A stretch of 64,000 nucleotides of DNA from a virus. The notes below the pieces were generated by a model, which did not search any database, was not told where the DNA came from, and saw only the letters and a program-made list of their open reading frames with translations. Each line of letters opens with the position of its first letter. Within the stretch, counting starts at the first letter, position 1. The stretch lies in the IMG/VR virus record IMGVR_UViG_3300032883_000188, positions 17,807 to 81,806 of that record; one strand, given 5' to 3'. Below are positions 1 through 9,680 of this stretch, piece after piece. Made by a program: the position numbers and the translations under genes.

Positions 1-2
1 TG

Positions 3-125
3 GAAAGAAAGTGGACATATACCATGACACCCGCCGTTCTTCGCCAGCAATGGTATGATAATTTGACTGATTCCCTGTGGCACGAAAGGTTGTTGATTTG
101 GGTTGACCCCAAGACAAAGAAGTAA
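3..125 (+). CDS. 3' end of a hypothetical protein (truncated by window edge)
   Basis: Open frame from window start to TAA at 123-125, overlapping the AAGGAGG RBS of the next gene. Confidence 0.45.
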   Translation, partial: ERKWTYTMTPAVLRQQWYDNLTDSLWHERLLIWVDPKTKK

Positions 126-133
126 GGAGGCAC

Positions 134-331
134 ATGCCGCTATACGAATATCAATGTAATAAGTGTGACAAAGAATTTATCATGTCGGCTGATAAGCCAC
201 CTAAGACAAACCCAACCTGTCCGAACTGTGGCAGTGAGAATACAATGAGATTGTGGAATGCTCCGACAGTAATATTTAGAGGAAACGGTTTTTACACAAC
301 CGACAATAAGGAAAAGAAAGATGATACCTAA
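134..331 (+). CDS. FmdB-family zinc-ribbon regulatory protein
   Basis: MPLYEYQCxxC...CPxCG...FRGxGFYxTD signature; AAGGAGG RBS. Confidence 0.9.
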   Translation: MPLYEYQCNKCDKEFIMSADKPPKTNPTCPNCGSENTMRLWNAPTVIFRGNGFYTTDNKEKKDDT

Positions 332-872
332 TACTGTGATTGCCTGTGATGTAGACGGGGTAATAGCCGATGTACTTACCAATTGGCTGGCTCGCTATAA
401 CCGAGACTATAACGATAATTTGAAACACGATGATATCACCGCATGGGATACATCTATTTTTGTGAAAGCCGAATGTGGTAAAAAGATATTTGCTTATCTT
501 GACGACCCTAGCCTTTATGATGATGTTTTGCCTTACCCCGGGGCGCTGGATGCCGTTAAGGAATTAAAGAAACTCGGAAGGGTTGTTTATGCTACATCAT
601 CCCCCGCTAAATCTTATGGCAGAAAATTCTTCTGGTTAAAAGAGCATGGCTTTTTAAGTGACCAGTTGGATTACTTCGAAACACGAGATAAAAGTTTGGT
701 AAGGGCAGATTTCCTGATAGATGATTATTACAAGAATTTGGATACCTTTGTAGGCAAGAAAATTTTGCTTGCGCAACCATGGAACTACAGTCTTGAAAAA
801 GACCCCGACTATGTCTATGGTACTTCTTGGAAAAAGATAATAGGATATATAAAAAATGACCTCGGACTATGA
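321..872 (+). CDS. 5'(3')-deoxyribonucleotidase (NT5C/HAD family)
   Basis: DVDGVIAD HAD motif I, K..WL, DKSLVRADFLIDD motif, PWN. Confidence 0.9.
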   Translation: MIPNTVIACDVDGVIADVLTNWLARYNRDYNDNLKHDDITAWDTSIFVKAECGKKIFAYLDDPSLYDDVLPYPGALDAVKELKKLGRVVYATSSPAKSYGRKFFWLKEHGFLSDQLDYFETRDKSLVRADFLIDDYYKNLDTFVGKKILLAQPWNYSLEKDPDYVYGTSWKKIIGYIKNDLGL

Positions 873-1797
873 CCACATTCATTTGATACCTAAAGAAAGA
901 AGTCAACTAGCCCACAGGGGAGATGTGGATTTAAGAAGTTCTCTTTATGGACTTTACCCAATCATCTCTTCCCCAATGAGGGGCATAAGTGGGGCTAGGC
1001 TGGTTATTGAAATGGGGAAAAATAATTGCTTGGGAATCTTGCATCGTTTTGGCAGTTTCAATGAGAGATTTGATTCTATTGTTAAAGTAATCGAGGCAAA
1101 AGTTCCCTTCGGACTTGCCATTGGTTTTGGAAAAGATAAGAACGAATTTATAAATTCAGAAATGAAACTAGCTAAGATGGCTGTTGATGCCGGAGCAATT
1201 ATGCTTTGCGTGGATGTTGCTAATGGATATCTGCCACAGCACAAAGAACGCGGAGAATTATTAAGAACACTATTTCCAAGTATACACCTTATGAGCGGAA
1301 ACGTTGTAACCCAAGAAGGGGCATACTATTTATTAAATTCTGGTTTTGATTATGTTCGTGTTGGAATTGGGCATGGTGCTAACTGTACCACCAGAAAAGC
1401 AACCGGAATAGGCAGAAATCAACTGGCGGCGCTCAAAGATTGCTCTGCTGTTGACGCACATTTGGTCATAGATGGGGGCATTGATGAAGCAGGTAAAGCG
1501 GTAAAGGCTTTTGCATTCGGGGCTGAGTTTGTAATGGTTGGAAGACTGCTTGCTGAAAGTCTTGAAGCCGAACATGAAGGCATACTGTACGGCATGGCTT
1601 CTGTTCATAATATGATAGTAAACGGCATGGAAATTAAATCTGTTGAGGGCAAGGAAACAAAGGTTGAAAAAATAAAACCCCTCAAGGACATATTAACAGA
1701 ATTTTTGTGGAACATAAGAAGTGCGTGCACATATTTAAACGCAAAACATTATACCCAAATAGGGGTTAAAGCACATGTTGTGGAGGTGAACGAGTGA
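856..1797 (+). CDS. GMP reductase / IMP dehydrogenase family protein
   Basis: VDVANG, SGNVVT, VRVGIGHGANCTTR (catalytic Cys loop), IDGGI, VMVG, GMAS, VEG motifs; no CBS domains. Confidence 0.85.
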   Translation: MTSDYDHIHLIPKERSQLAHRGDVDLRSSLYGLYPIISSPMRGISGARLVIEMGKNNCLGILHRFGSFNERFDSIVKVIEAKVPFGLAIGFGKDKNEFINSEMKLAKMAVDAGAIMLCVDVANGYLPQHKERGELLRTLFPSIHLMSGNVVTQEGAYYLLNSGFDYVRVGIGHGANCTTRKATGIGRNQLAALKDCSAVDAHLVIDGGIDEAGKAVKAFAFGAEFVMVGRLLAESLEAEHEGILYGMASVHNMIVNGMEIKSVEGKETKVEKIKPLKDILTEFLWNIRSACTYLNAKHYTQIGVKAHVVEVNE

Positions 1798-1934
1798 TTA
1801 TTGTAGGATTACTTATTCTATTTGCTCTGATTATACTTGGGGTTATTTGGTATGTTGCAAGAGAAGGTTTAAAAATAATAAACGCAATAGATAGATTTGA
1901 AGCAGAATTGAATGACGAGCCGAAACTAGACTGA
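1794..1934 (+). CDS. small single-pass membrane protein (46 aa; not in ORF track)
   Basis: GGAGGTG RBS, GTG start overlapping the upstream TGA, N-terminal hydrophobic helix IIVGLLILFALIILGVIWYV, TGA at 1932-1934. Confidence 0.6.
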   Translation: MIIVGLLILFALIILGVIWYVAREGLKIINAIDRFEAELNDEPKLD

Positions 1935-1938
1935 TGGA

Positions 1939-1956
1939 ATAAAATCCGTCTTTTAT
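1939..1956 (+). repeat. oriented WTAAAM-T-N5-TTTTAT intergenic site (copy 1)
   Basis: ATAAAA TCCGTC TTTTAT; recurs at 4312, 5335, 37752, 43432, 56015. Confidence 0.6.
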
Positions 1957-1969
1957 AAAATGGAGGACG

Positions 1970-3676
1970 ATGGAAAATATTACTTTTGAGAACGTTAGAC
2001 CTTTATCTCAAACCGCAAAACAGATACTAAACAAAAGGTATATGCAAGAAGGCGAAAAGACTTGGGATGAACTTGTTGATAGGGTAATGAATACCATTGT
2101 TCCCAAGGAAAGTGATGACTTTTTACCTACTAAGGAAATGATTAGTCATCGTTATTTTCTTCCTAATTCCCCTTGTCTGGCTAATGCAGGAAAAGAAGGG
2201 GCTGGTTTATGCGCTTGCTATGTGGTTGATTTTAAAGATACTACCGAAGGCATTATCAAGACCAAAGCCGACTTTATTTATGTCGCCCGTAAAGGAGGCG
2301 GCTGTGGCACAAGCTTGAGCAAATTACGTCCAAAAGGCTCTATTGTTGCACATAGTTCGCATGGCTATGCGGGAGGGCCGGTGGGTTTCGCTGATACGAT
2401 TTCACACGACATGAAAGTATTTACGCAGGGAGGTTTGCGTGGCATGGCAATTATGTTTACCATGTCTGTTTATCATCCTGATGTGATTGATTTTATACAA
2501 GCCAAACAAAACGAAGAGGACAGGAAAATAGAGAATGCCAACATGTCCGTGGTGGTTGACAATCGCTTCATGGAATTGGTTAAGGCGGATGCTAAATACT
2601 GGACTGAATTTAATGGAGTAAAGTACAAGGAATATAACGCTCGAGACATTTTTAACTTGATTATAGAAGGCGCATGGAGAAATGGAGAGCCGGGATTATT
2701 GTTTCAAGACGCCATCGATAACTCCCCCTACATGCACACCGGACAGAAAATACAGGCTACGAACCCGTGCTCTGAACAGCCCTTGCCCCCAAACGGGGTT
2801 TGTAATCTAGGTTCGCTAGACCTTTCAAAATTTGTTGGCAAAGATAAAATAATGGATTTTTCCAAACTGGAATATGCCACCCGCTTGGGTACACGCTTCC
2901 TTGATAGAGTAGTGGACAAGTCTGTTTATCCGACACCTGAAATCAGCGAATGGGCGCAGGAAAATCGTGCCATTGGTATGGGTATCATGGGTTTTGCGGA
3001 TTATTGTTTGATGAGGCAGATTGCCTATGGCTCAGAACAGTCCATATTAGAACTGGACTATATTTTGTTTAATATATACGCATGGACAAGAGATGAATCC
3101 GAGAAATTAGGCAAGACTCTCGGAGTACCCAAGGAATGCAGAAAATTACCCGCTCCCCGCAGGAATATCACGATTACAACTGTTGCCCCAACTGGTACGG
3201 TAAGCCTTATAGCGGGATGCTCGAGTGGAATTGAACCCATCTTTTCAGAGATTACTATACGCAATGATAAAACTGGTACGTATGTTTTCGAAGATAAGCT
3301 GGCAGATAAACCCTATTTTCGTTGTGCGGTTTCAGCCAACGGCGCGCAGGAAGTTACTTGGGAAGAGCATGTAAGTGTGCTGGCAACCGCACAGAAGAAT
3401 GTTGACTCCGGCGTAAGCAAGACCATTAACTTCCCAACCATGACCCACAGGGACACGATTTCAAAAGCTGTCTTTATGGCGTGGGAGAAAGGCTGTAAAG
3501 GTATTGCGGTTTACCGTAATGGCAGTCGCAAGATTGAAGTTCTTACACCTAAGAACATCAAGCAGGACAAGTGCCCGAACTGCGAAACCCCGCTGGTGAT
3601 GATTGCCAATGTAAGAAGTTGTCCTTCCTGTGGTTGGAAGGTTAAGATTGAGACCGAAGTTAAAGTAGAGGCATAA
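1970..3676 (+). CDS. nrdJ: class II (adenosylcobalamin-dependent) ribonucleotide reductase
   Basis: FLPNSP..NAG, ACYV, GGGCG, NGEPG, TNPCSEQ (thiyl Cys), CNLGS, APTGT, SKTIN; C-terminal CxxC..CxxC; no small subunit gene nearby. Confidence 0.9.
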   Translation: MENITFENVRPLSQTAKQILNKRYMQEGEKTWDELVDRVMNTIVPKESDDFLPTKEMISHRYFLPNSPCLANAGKEGAGLCACYVVDFKDTTEGIIKTKADFIYVARKGGGCGTSLSKLRPKGSIVAHSSHGYAGGPVGFADTISHDMKVFTQGGLRGMAIMFTMSVYHPDVIDFIQAKQNEEDRKIENANMSVVVDNRFMELVKADAKYWTEFNGVKYKEYNARDIFNLIIEGAWRNGEPGLLFQDAIDNSPYMHTGQKIQATNPCSEQPLPPNGVCNLGSLDLSKFVGKDKIMDFSKLEYATRLGTRFLDRVVDKSVYPTPEISEWAQENRAIGMGIMGFADYCLMRQIAYGSEQSILELDYILFNIYAWTRDESEKLGKTLGVPKECRKLPAPRRNITITTVAPTGTVSLIAGCSSGIEPIFSEITIRNDKTGTYVFEDKLADKPYFRCAVSANGAQEVTWEEHVSVLATAQKNVDSGVSKTINFPTMTHRDTISKAVFMAWEKGCKGIAVYRNGSRKIEVLTPKNIKQDKCPNCETPLVMIANVRSCPSCGWKVKIETEVKVEA

Positions 3677-4035
3677 TGGATATATATGAATATATGAAGG
3701 AAGTGGAAAGAACCTGCCCCCGATTAAAAGGGGAGTTCTATGATGAACTCCATATGGCAATTGGTGCGGCTACAGAAGCAGGAGAACTTTTGGATGCATA
3801 TAAAAAAGACTTTGCTTATGGTAAACCGATTGATAAAATAAACGTTGCAGAAGAGATAGGCGACCAATTATGGTATCTTGTGAATCTAATGCGCATGTTG
3901 GATTTAGACCCTGCCGATGTGTTTGAAATAAACCTAAATAAACTTCGTGCAAGATATCCAGAAAAATTTACAGAATATAATGCATTAAACAGAGATTTAA
4001 AAAAAGAAAGAGAGATATTGGAAAATGGCGGATAG
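3676..4035 (+). CDS. MazG-like nucleotide pyrophosphohydrolase
   Basis: EAGELLD..KK...EEIGDQLWY...NLNKLRARYP motif. Confidence 0.9.
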   Translation: MDIYEYMKEVERTCPRLKGEFYDELHMAIGAATEAGELLDAYKKDFAYGKPIDKINVAEEIGDQLWYLVNLMRMLDLDPADVFEINLNKLRARYPEKFTEYNALNRDLKKEREILENGG

Positions 4036-4315
4036 TATTGGCGTTGGTTTTGGTCTAGCCTTGGCTATGCTCAAAGAGGGAAGGCGAGTATATCGCATGG
4101 GTTGGAATGGCAAAGGCATGTGGCTGGTGATTGCTTACCAGACAGCAAATGAATTCAAAAAAGAAAAACCTATTAAATTCAATAAACAATATGAAGATAT
4201 GGATGTGCTATATCTTGAAAACTTTATTGCTATGAAAACAGTGGATGGTAAACTTGTGCCATGGTTGGCTTCTCAAACCGATATACTCGCAGAAGATTGG
4301 TGTATGATAGATTAA
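4025..4315 (+). CDS. DUF2829 family phage protein
   Basis: FGxAL..LKEG.RV.R.GWNGKGMW...PWLASQTDILAEDW signature. Confidence 0.9.
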   Translation: MADSIGVGFGLALAMLKEGRRVYRMGWNGKGMWLVIAYQTANEFKKEKPIKFNKQYEDMDVLYLENFIAMKTVDGKLVPWLASQTDILAEDWCMID

Positions 4316-4329
4316 AATGAGCTTTTTAT
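4312..4329 (+). repeat. oriented WTAAAM-T-N5-TTTTAT site (copy 2)
   Basis: TTAAAA TGAGCT TTTTAT overlapping the DUF2829 stop codon. Confidence 0.6.
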
Positions 4330-4344
4330 AACCTTCAAAACAGT

Positions 4345-4384
4345 AAAAAATACGGTATGCTGTGTTTCAAGCATACCGTATTTT
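4345..4384. terminator. bidirectional intrinsic terminator at convergence of + and - arms
   Basis: AAAAAA-TACGGTATGC-loop-GCATACCGTA-TTTT inverted repeat with U-tracts on both strands. Confidence 0.85.
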
Positions 4385-4570
4385 CTATTTTATATATGCG
4401 GAGAAAGCAATATTATCAAGGCGAGATTGCAATTCTTTTAACTCCCCTTTTATTTTTTCAAGTTCATTTTTTTTGGCACATTGAGAACTGGTATTTAATA
4501 TATAACCAAAAGAACACACGCCCGATAAAAACCCTAGAAAAGAAAGAATTAGTAATCCAACATCGTTCAT
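4385..4570 (-). CDS. small membrane protein
   Basis: N-terminal hydrophobic helix plus short coiled coil; AAGG RBS. Confidence 0.55.
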   Translation of the reverse strand: MNDVGLLILSFLGFLSGVCSFGYILNTSSQCAKKNELEKIKGELKELQSRLDNIAFSAYIK

Positions 4571-4581
4571 GAATACCTTCC

Positions 4582-4929
4582 TTACAGGTTTAACTTTTTC
4601 TCCTTTGCTTTTTTCTCTGGATGTGCAATAGCGTCTGGATGAACCGGGTCACCAAATGCGCTCATTTCGGGTACATCGATGTTGTGGTCAACCAAAATTT
4701 TTCGAAGCATAAGAACGCAACTATAGAGATTGTCATACTTCGTGCGCCAGTTTTCATTGGCGGAAGTAAGCTGTTCTACACGCTCCTGTAGGCGTGAAAC
4801 TTCGTCTCTAAGTAAGGAAATTTCATCCCTGTGTGCCGCTCGTTTATCGACAGCACGGGAACTGATGAAGGCAAGGATACCAGTTATAATACCGCCGATG
4901 GCGAGAAGCAGGGTTGCATCTATTTGCAT
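4582..4929 (-). CDS. N-terminally anchored coiled-coil membrane protein (possible lysis accessory)
   Basis: TM helix then heptad coiled coil; GGGAGG RBS. Confidence 0.6.
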   Translation of the reverse strand: MQIDATLLLAIGGIITGILAFISSRAVDKRAAHRDEISLLRDEVSRLQERVEQLTSANENWRTKYDNLYSCVLMLRKILVDHNIDVPEMSAFGDPVHPDAIAHPEKKAKEKKLNL

Positions 4930-5318
4930 ATTGACCTCCCTTTTCTTCTCATATCAGCCAGTATCTCCATGTAGCCAAGCCACGCGCAAATACCGAACAC
5001 AAACATGTTAATAACGCCTGTACTTCTAAAATCCCCGAAGGCATATAATACCATCATTGTAAAACAGGCGAACATGGATAAACCCGCCATAACCATACGA
5101 GGGGTTAAACTGCCTTTGAAAACAAAGAATAATTGGAATAAACCAATTAGCATAACGGTTAATCCCCATACCCATTCTGGCGCAAGTGAGTTCATAAAGA
5201 CATATGCGCTCGAAGCGTGAAATGTTTCCCACCAAGGGGAAAGTACCCACAGACCCCATAGGGAGAGAAACAGCCCGGGTATAAATTCAAGCTGTTTCTT
5301 TTGTATTGTAAAAGTCAT
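4920..5318 (-). CDS. multi-pass (about 4 TM) membrane protein
   Basis: Four hydrophobic segments; GGAGG RBS. Confidence 0.7.
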   Translation of the reverse strand: MTFTIQKKQLEFIPGLFLSLWGLWVLSPWWETFHASSAYVFMNSLAPEWVWGLTVMLIGLFQLFFVFKGSLTPRMVMAGLSMFACFTMMVLYAFGDFRSTGVINMFVFGICAWLGYMEILADMRRKGRSICK

Positions 5319-5334
5319 TTTGCATTACCTCCTT

Positions 5335-5352
5335 ATAAAAGTCTGAGTTTAA
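5335..5352 (-). repeat. oriented WTAAAM-T-N5-TTTTAT site (copy 3, one mismatch)
   Basis: minus strand TTAAAC TCAGAC TTTTAT overlapping the stop of 5349..6113. Confidence 0.5.
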
Positions 5353-6113
5353 TATGTTACAGTAATTTGTGGCTCTGTGTAAGTCACATTATCCCAAGAT
5401 GCCGCATATCTATAACCCGTTGTGGGTAAGCTTCCACGCGTAATCCATATGCCAACTGTCTTTCCTGCACTACCTCCGCCCCAACTGGCAAGCTTTATTA
5501 TTTCCTGTACCTGCCCGGTAATATCGAAAGTATATAGTGTGCCAGCCACCCAAGACGGTAGAGCATCCACAGATGTAACTGCGGCAGTCGGACTAACCGC
5601 ACTCAATTCGTTATAATTGGTTGGTGCTACGGCGTTTGCTCGGTTATCGCCATATATTTTTATACTGACATCGCTGGAACTGCTTTCCGCCGCATATATT
5701 TTCAAGGTTGCCGATTTAATAGTGCCTCCCTGCGTCAAATCAGAAGCCACAAAAGGCATCCAGTTCTTGTAATTTCCTGTTACCACACCTCCTGTAGTTT
5801 CACTACCAATCCATAAACCCAATCCTAGCGTACTGAAAGAGTCGGCTCTACCCTGCACAATACCACAGTCTGCGGTAGTTGTGCTGTAGGTTTTAGTCGT
5901 TGTGCCTGTAGTTACCGCACTGCTTGTGGCACTAAGAGTTGGTTTATTTGACACCATCGCCGCTGATACTCCTGCCGCCATGGTGGGAGTAGCCACAAGC
6001 GCAACGGGATTTACCACCATTCTGGCGGCAGTGTTTTGCTGAGTGAACTGGTTGGATATAGATATAGTAAGAGCGTTGGTTAAATTCCTTTTGATGGTAA
6101 ATGTATCTGCCAT
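5349..6113 (-). CDS. virion tail-associated protein with C-terminal beta-sandwich (DNRLRE/CBM96-like)
   Basis: T-rich N-terminus; TIKSATLKIY...FDITGQVQ...PQITVTY pattern; position in tail module. Confidence 0.6.
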   Translation of the reverse strand: MADTFTIKRNLTNALTISISNQFTQQNTAARMVVNPVALVATPTMAAGVSAAMVSNKPTLSATSSAVTTGTTTKTYSTTTADCGIVQGRADSFSTLGLGLWIGSETTGGVVTGNYKNWMPFVASDLTQGGTIKSATLKIYAAESSSSDVSIKIYGDNRANAVAPTNYNELSAVSPTAAVTSVDALPSWVAGTLYTFDITGQVQEIIKLASWGGGSAGKTVGIWITRGSLPTTGYRYAASWDNVTYTEPQITVTY

Positions 6114-6122
6114 GGTAAACCT

Positions 6123-6554
6123 TTAGATTGTAATTACAATCGTGGCACTGGCAAACGTAACCTGCGTACCGACCTGTACAACGATGCTTGGATTAAGAAT
6201 TATATACCATAAAATGTTTCCAAGTCTTGTGGTAGCGTTATCTGATATAAAAAGACTCTGCATTGTGCCCCAAGGACTGCTTGAACAAGATGGAAACTGT
6301 ACGTTATGCGCATTGTTTAATGTTTGCGCGGTTGCGTTGCTCCACCATGCTGTCTGGCTGTTGGTAAAAGAAACTCTGGCATAACCGTTGCCCGAAGGTT
6401 CGGCTGTACCAATGGTTGACCCAAGTACAATGGTTGGGTCAAGAATGCTGGTGCACATCCCCCAATACATTGTAGCGGGGTTAGCCGGGTTATAAGTCAC
6501 GATACCAAAGTTGTAGTTTAAAATGTTGTTAAGTGTTACATTGGTTGCTGGCAT
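6123..6554 (-). CDS. minor tail / tail-fibre-associated structural protein
   Basis: EPSGNGYARV..F...QFP....WGT...FISD...GNILWY pattern typical of phage tail proteins. Confidence 0.7.
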   Translation of the reverse strand: MPATNVTLNNILNYNFGIVTYNPANPATMYWGMCTSILDPTIVLGSTIGTAEPSGNGYARVSFTNSQTAWWSNATAQTLNNAHNVQFPSCSSSPWGTMQSLFISDNATTRLGNILWYIILNPSIVVQVGTQVTFASATIVITI

Positions 6555-6575
6555 TTATTTTCTCCTTTCTATATA

Positions 6576-7346
6576 TTATATAGTATAATTTCCACTAAGG
6601 TACATGGTTCTTCCGTCACCCCCGGGATAACCATTGCTATAAGTTACACAGCCCATATTCTCTGATGCAAATGATACGCCCTGTAATAAATATCCTGTAG
6701 AGGTTATTTCCCGACCTTGGATTACAATATTAGTGGTGGGTGCTATTGGTAGTGTTAAGTTAACAACGCCAGCCGCAGTTCCATTGGTTGTAATAGTAAT
6801 CGTAATTCTTACAAAAACGTTTCTTCCAACAAATACATAATGTCCTATTGACGAAACAGTTGTAAATGTTCCGCTGGCGGCGGTTATTGTCGGCGTATAA
6901 TAGAAGAAAGCCGGAAAAGCAACCGGAGTTGCGTCTTTACTGAAATATGTATTTGTTATTGCACCTCCGGCAAAACTATTTCCTATAATATACATGAAGT
7001 TGGCGTCCAGTATATTTGCGACATATCCACATTTATATGATGTTGAATCATCTTTCCATCTAACTTTATCTCCAATACTGTATGCGCTTGTGGTAGTAGC
7101 AACTACTGACCCGGAGTAATATAACCATTGATAAGGAGTAGCAATCCATCCATCATGCGTTCCTTTAAATAGAGGAGACGAATATACTTTATTTGTTAAA
7201 GTTTGTGTATATGAACCGATGGCACTCATGATGGTTGCCCATGTTTTACTCTTATGATTGTGAGTAGTAGATACATTCTCTACTGTGGGCAATATATCTG
7301 TGTCAACAGGAGTGGTAGAACTGACAGTTAATTGGTCTAATCTCAT
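6576..7346 (-). CDS. tail fibre / receptor-binding protein, paralogue 3
   Basis: Shares N-terminal anchor (MRLDQL..DTDI.PTVENVSTTH.HK.KTWATIM) and C-terminal LSG.Y.I with two neighbours. Confidence 0.7.
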   Translation of the reverse strand: MRLDQLTVSSTTPVDTDILPTVENVSTTHNHKSKTWATIMSAIGSYTQTLTNKVYSSPLFKGTHDGWIATPYQWLYYSGSVVATTTSAYSIGDKVRWKDDSTSYKCGYVANILDANFMYIIGNSFAGGAITNTYFSKDATPVAFPAFFYYTPTITAASGTFTTVSSIGHYVFVGRNVFVRITITITTNGTAAGVVNLTLPIAPTTNIVIQGREITSTGYLLQGVSFASENMGCVTYSNGYPGGDGRTMYLSGNYTI

Positions 7347-7361
7347 TTTATCATCTCCTTT

Positions 7362-8141
7362 TTAAATCATATACATCCCGCTCAACCAGCATCTACAGTT
7401 AGTTCCCCCCGGAAAGGTATTGTTATATTTTCCAATATCCATGCTTGCTCCCCCATAAGTACCCCCAAATAGTAATACTCCTCCCGATAATATGTCTTCT
7501 CTTCCAACAATAACTGCCGCATCAGCAGATGCAATCGGCAATGTTGAAATATATAAACCCGATGCTGTGCCAGCATTGGTTATAGTAAAAGTAAAATTAA
7601 CAAAAATAGTCTTTCGATTCAAAAAGCAATATCCGGAAGAAGTATAGGATGTAATACTCCCTGCGGAGGCGGTTATTACAGGCGTCCATGTAAAAACCTG
7701 TGGAAAACCAACTGGCGTTAAATCGTGGCTATAATAGTTGGACGAAAGGGTAACATTTGTTACCGCGTTTCCTAAAACAGTTAAAGTAGTGTCTGCAACA
7801 CCCACTACATACGCATATTTTTGAGAAGCACTTGCAGTCCATGTTATTCTATCTCCAATGGCATATTTTGTTAATCCACCAGAAGGAATAGTTATTGTTG
7901 TTGCAGAAGCATATGCCCATGTTTCATTTGGATTTACCCAACCATCAACTATACCAATAAAAGCAGTTCCACCACCAATTGTTTTGTTTGTCAAGCTTTG
8001 CGTATATGAAGCAATGGCGTTCATGATGGTTGTCCATGTTTTACTCTTGTGAAGGTGAGTGGTAGATACGTTTTCTACTGTAGGAAATATATCTGCACCA
8101 ACCGGAGAAGCGGTACTTGGAGTTAATTCATCAAATCTCAT
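7362..8141 (-). CDS. tail fibre / receptor-binding protein, paralogue 2
   Basis: Same architecture as the 6576 and 8157 ORFs. Confidence 0.7.
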   Translation of the reverse strand: MRFDELTPSTASPVGADIFPTVENVSTTHLHKSKTWTTIMNAIASYTQSLTNKTIGGGTAFIGIVDGWVNPNETWAYASATTITIPSGGLTKYAIGDRITWTASASQKYAYVVGVADTTLTVLGNAVTNVTLSSNYYSHDLTPVGFPQVFTWTPVITASAGSITSYTSSGYCFLNRKTIFVNFTFTITNAGTASGLYISTLPIASADAAVIVGREDILSGGVLLFGGTYGGASMDIGKYNNTFPGGTNCRCWLSGMYMI

Positions 8142-8156
8142 TTTATCTTCTCCTTT

Positions 8157-8939
8157 TTATATCACGTAATAACCAGACATTAGAATGGTTCTACCAGTTG
8201 CCCCTGAATATGTAGTATCATAATTATAAATGTATAAATTTGTACCAGTTATATAGCCTTCCTGCTGGTTGCCTGTTGATGTTACTTCTCTTCCAGTGAT
8301 AATACAAATATAAGGGCATGATATTGGCAGAGTTGCAAGTATATAAGTTGCGGCTGTTCCATTGGTTGTGATGGTAACAGTAACAACCACGTGTATCAGG
8401 CGTGCATTCATTTGATAAGTGCCTGTTGCCGAAACGGATGTAAACGTTCCGCTTCCAGCAGTTATTGTCGGTGTATATGAAAAATATGCCGGAAAATTCT
8501 TAGGACTTACTTTTTTACTATAAAAATTATTTGTGATAGTATAGTTTGTTACTGCATTTCCCAAAACTGTCAAAAGAGTACTTGTAACTCCTACTACATA
8601 AGCATAAAGTACAACACTATTAGCAGTCCACATTATTCTATCTCCAATAGAATATTTCAGCGTAGCGTTTGATGGTACAGTGATTGTTGTGGATGATGCA
8701 TAAGTCCAAGTTTCATTCGCACTAATCCATAAGTCTGTTAGACCACTATAACTAACAGGAGAGGCAATTGTTTTATTTGTATATGTTCCGCCCCATGCTC
8801 CAACCGCGCTCATTATGGTTGCCCATGTCTTTCTTTTATGGTCATGAGTAGTGGCTACATTTTCAACTGTTGGAAAAATATCCGTATCAGCGGGAGTTGT
8901 GGCACTTGAGGGTAATTGGTCTAATCTTAAATTTGCCAT
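8157..8939 (-). CDS. tail fibre / receptor-binding protein, paralogue 1
   Basis: Same architecture; ETWTYASSTTITV...YSIGDRI motif. Confidence 0.7.
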   Translation of the reverse strand: MANLRLDQLPSSATTPADTDIFPTVENVATTHDHKRKTWATIMSAVGAWGGTYTNKTIASPVSYSGLTDLWISANETWTYASSTTITVPSNATLKYSIGDRIMWTANSVVLYAYVVGVTSTLLTVLGNAVTNYTITNNFYSKKVSPKNFPAYFSYTPTITAGSGTFTSVSATGTYQMNARLIHVVVTVTITTNGTAATYILATLPISCPYICIITGREVTSTGNQQEGYITGTNLYIYNYDTTYSGATGRTILMSGYYVI

Positions 8940-8951
8940 CCGTCACGCTCC

Positions 8952-9311
8952 TTAACTATGAATAGCAGGGGATATGAATACAAGTCCTTGCCCGGGTCTG
9001 AATACTTTTCCAGAAACATCTTGTATGGAAAGTTGCTGTATATATTTACCACTAAAACTGGTGGTATCTGTATCAAGAATTGTTATCGTAAACACACCGT
9101 TGGTTGGGTCTGTAAGTGTACCTGTCTTTTGCAGACTAATGATACTCGTTTGCCCCCACGGGCAGAGATACCATGTTACGGTTGCTCCGGTTAAATTTAC
9201 CTTGTCTATACCGTTTTCTGCATAGCAGGTAAAGGTGAGGGTTTTATCTGTCCCGGCTATAAAAGGTAAGTCTGCTATATTATTAACAGAATCATATACT
9301 GTAATTGGCAT
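8952..9311 (-). CDS. BppU N-terminal-like baseplate/fibre adaptor
   Basis: G.DKTL.F......VNLTGATV......DPTNG.FTI.....DT....GKY pattern. Confidence 0.65.
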   Translation of the reverse strand: MPITVYDSVNNIADLPFIAGTDKTLTFTCYAENGIDKVNLTGATVTWYLCPWGQTSIISLQKTGTLTDPTNGVFTITILDTDTTSFSGKYIQQLSIQDVSGKVFRPGQGLVFISPAIHS

Positions 9312-9680
9312 TTAGCCCTCCTTATTTTCTGGTTCGAACATCCATTCAACCAGCAATAAATCGAATGCAGAAATACCAGAAAGCTTTTCTGGATTTATGG
9401 GTAGAATGTTTATTTCAACTTCTTGCTCTAACACTATATTGAATTCTTTAAAATAAGCGTCTTTCTTATCGTCCAACACTTCTATATCCCCGTTTTCTTT
9501 TGGTGTACCATATCTTTTTACAAGTTCCAATCTTGCTTTTTCTATATCTTCCAATTCTGCTCCTATAATTTTTATGTTTTTATAGAGCCTGTAAGATGTT
9601 ACACCATCGTTGAACGTCATCAGTCCTAACTTTTCAATGATGTTTTTAGAATCCAATAGATTAAATAATTTGACTTTCAT
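9312..9680 (-). CDS. conserved phage protein (DUF1617-like)
   Basis: Y.L.KN.K.I..EL..IE..R..LV..YG...F.KEF..L.E.EVEI pattern. Confidence 0.55.
   Translation of the reverse strand: MKVKLFNLLDSKNIIEKLGLMTFNDGVTSYRLYKNIKIIGAELEDIEKARLELVKRYGTPKENGDIEVLDDKKDAYFKEFNIVLEQEVEINILPINPEKLSGISAFDLLLVEWMFEPENKEG

Noticed and set aside
6576-8939. Diversity-generating retroelement targeting the RBP paralogues
   Set aside because: No reverse transcriptase and no near-identical TR/VR pair differing only at adenines.
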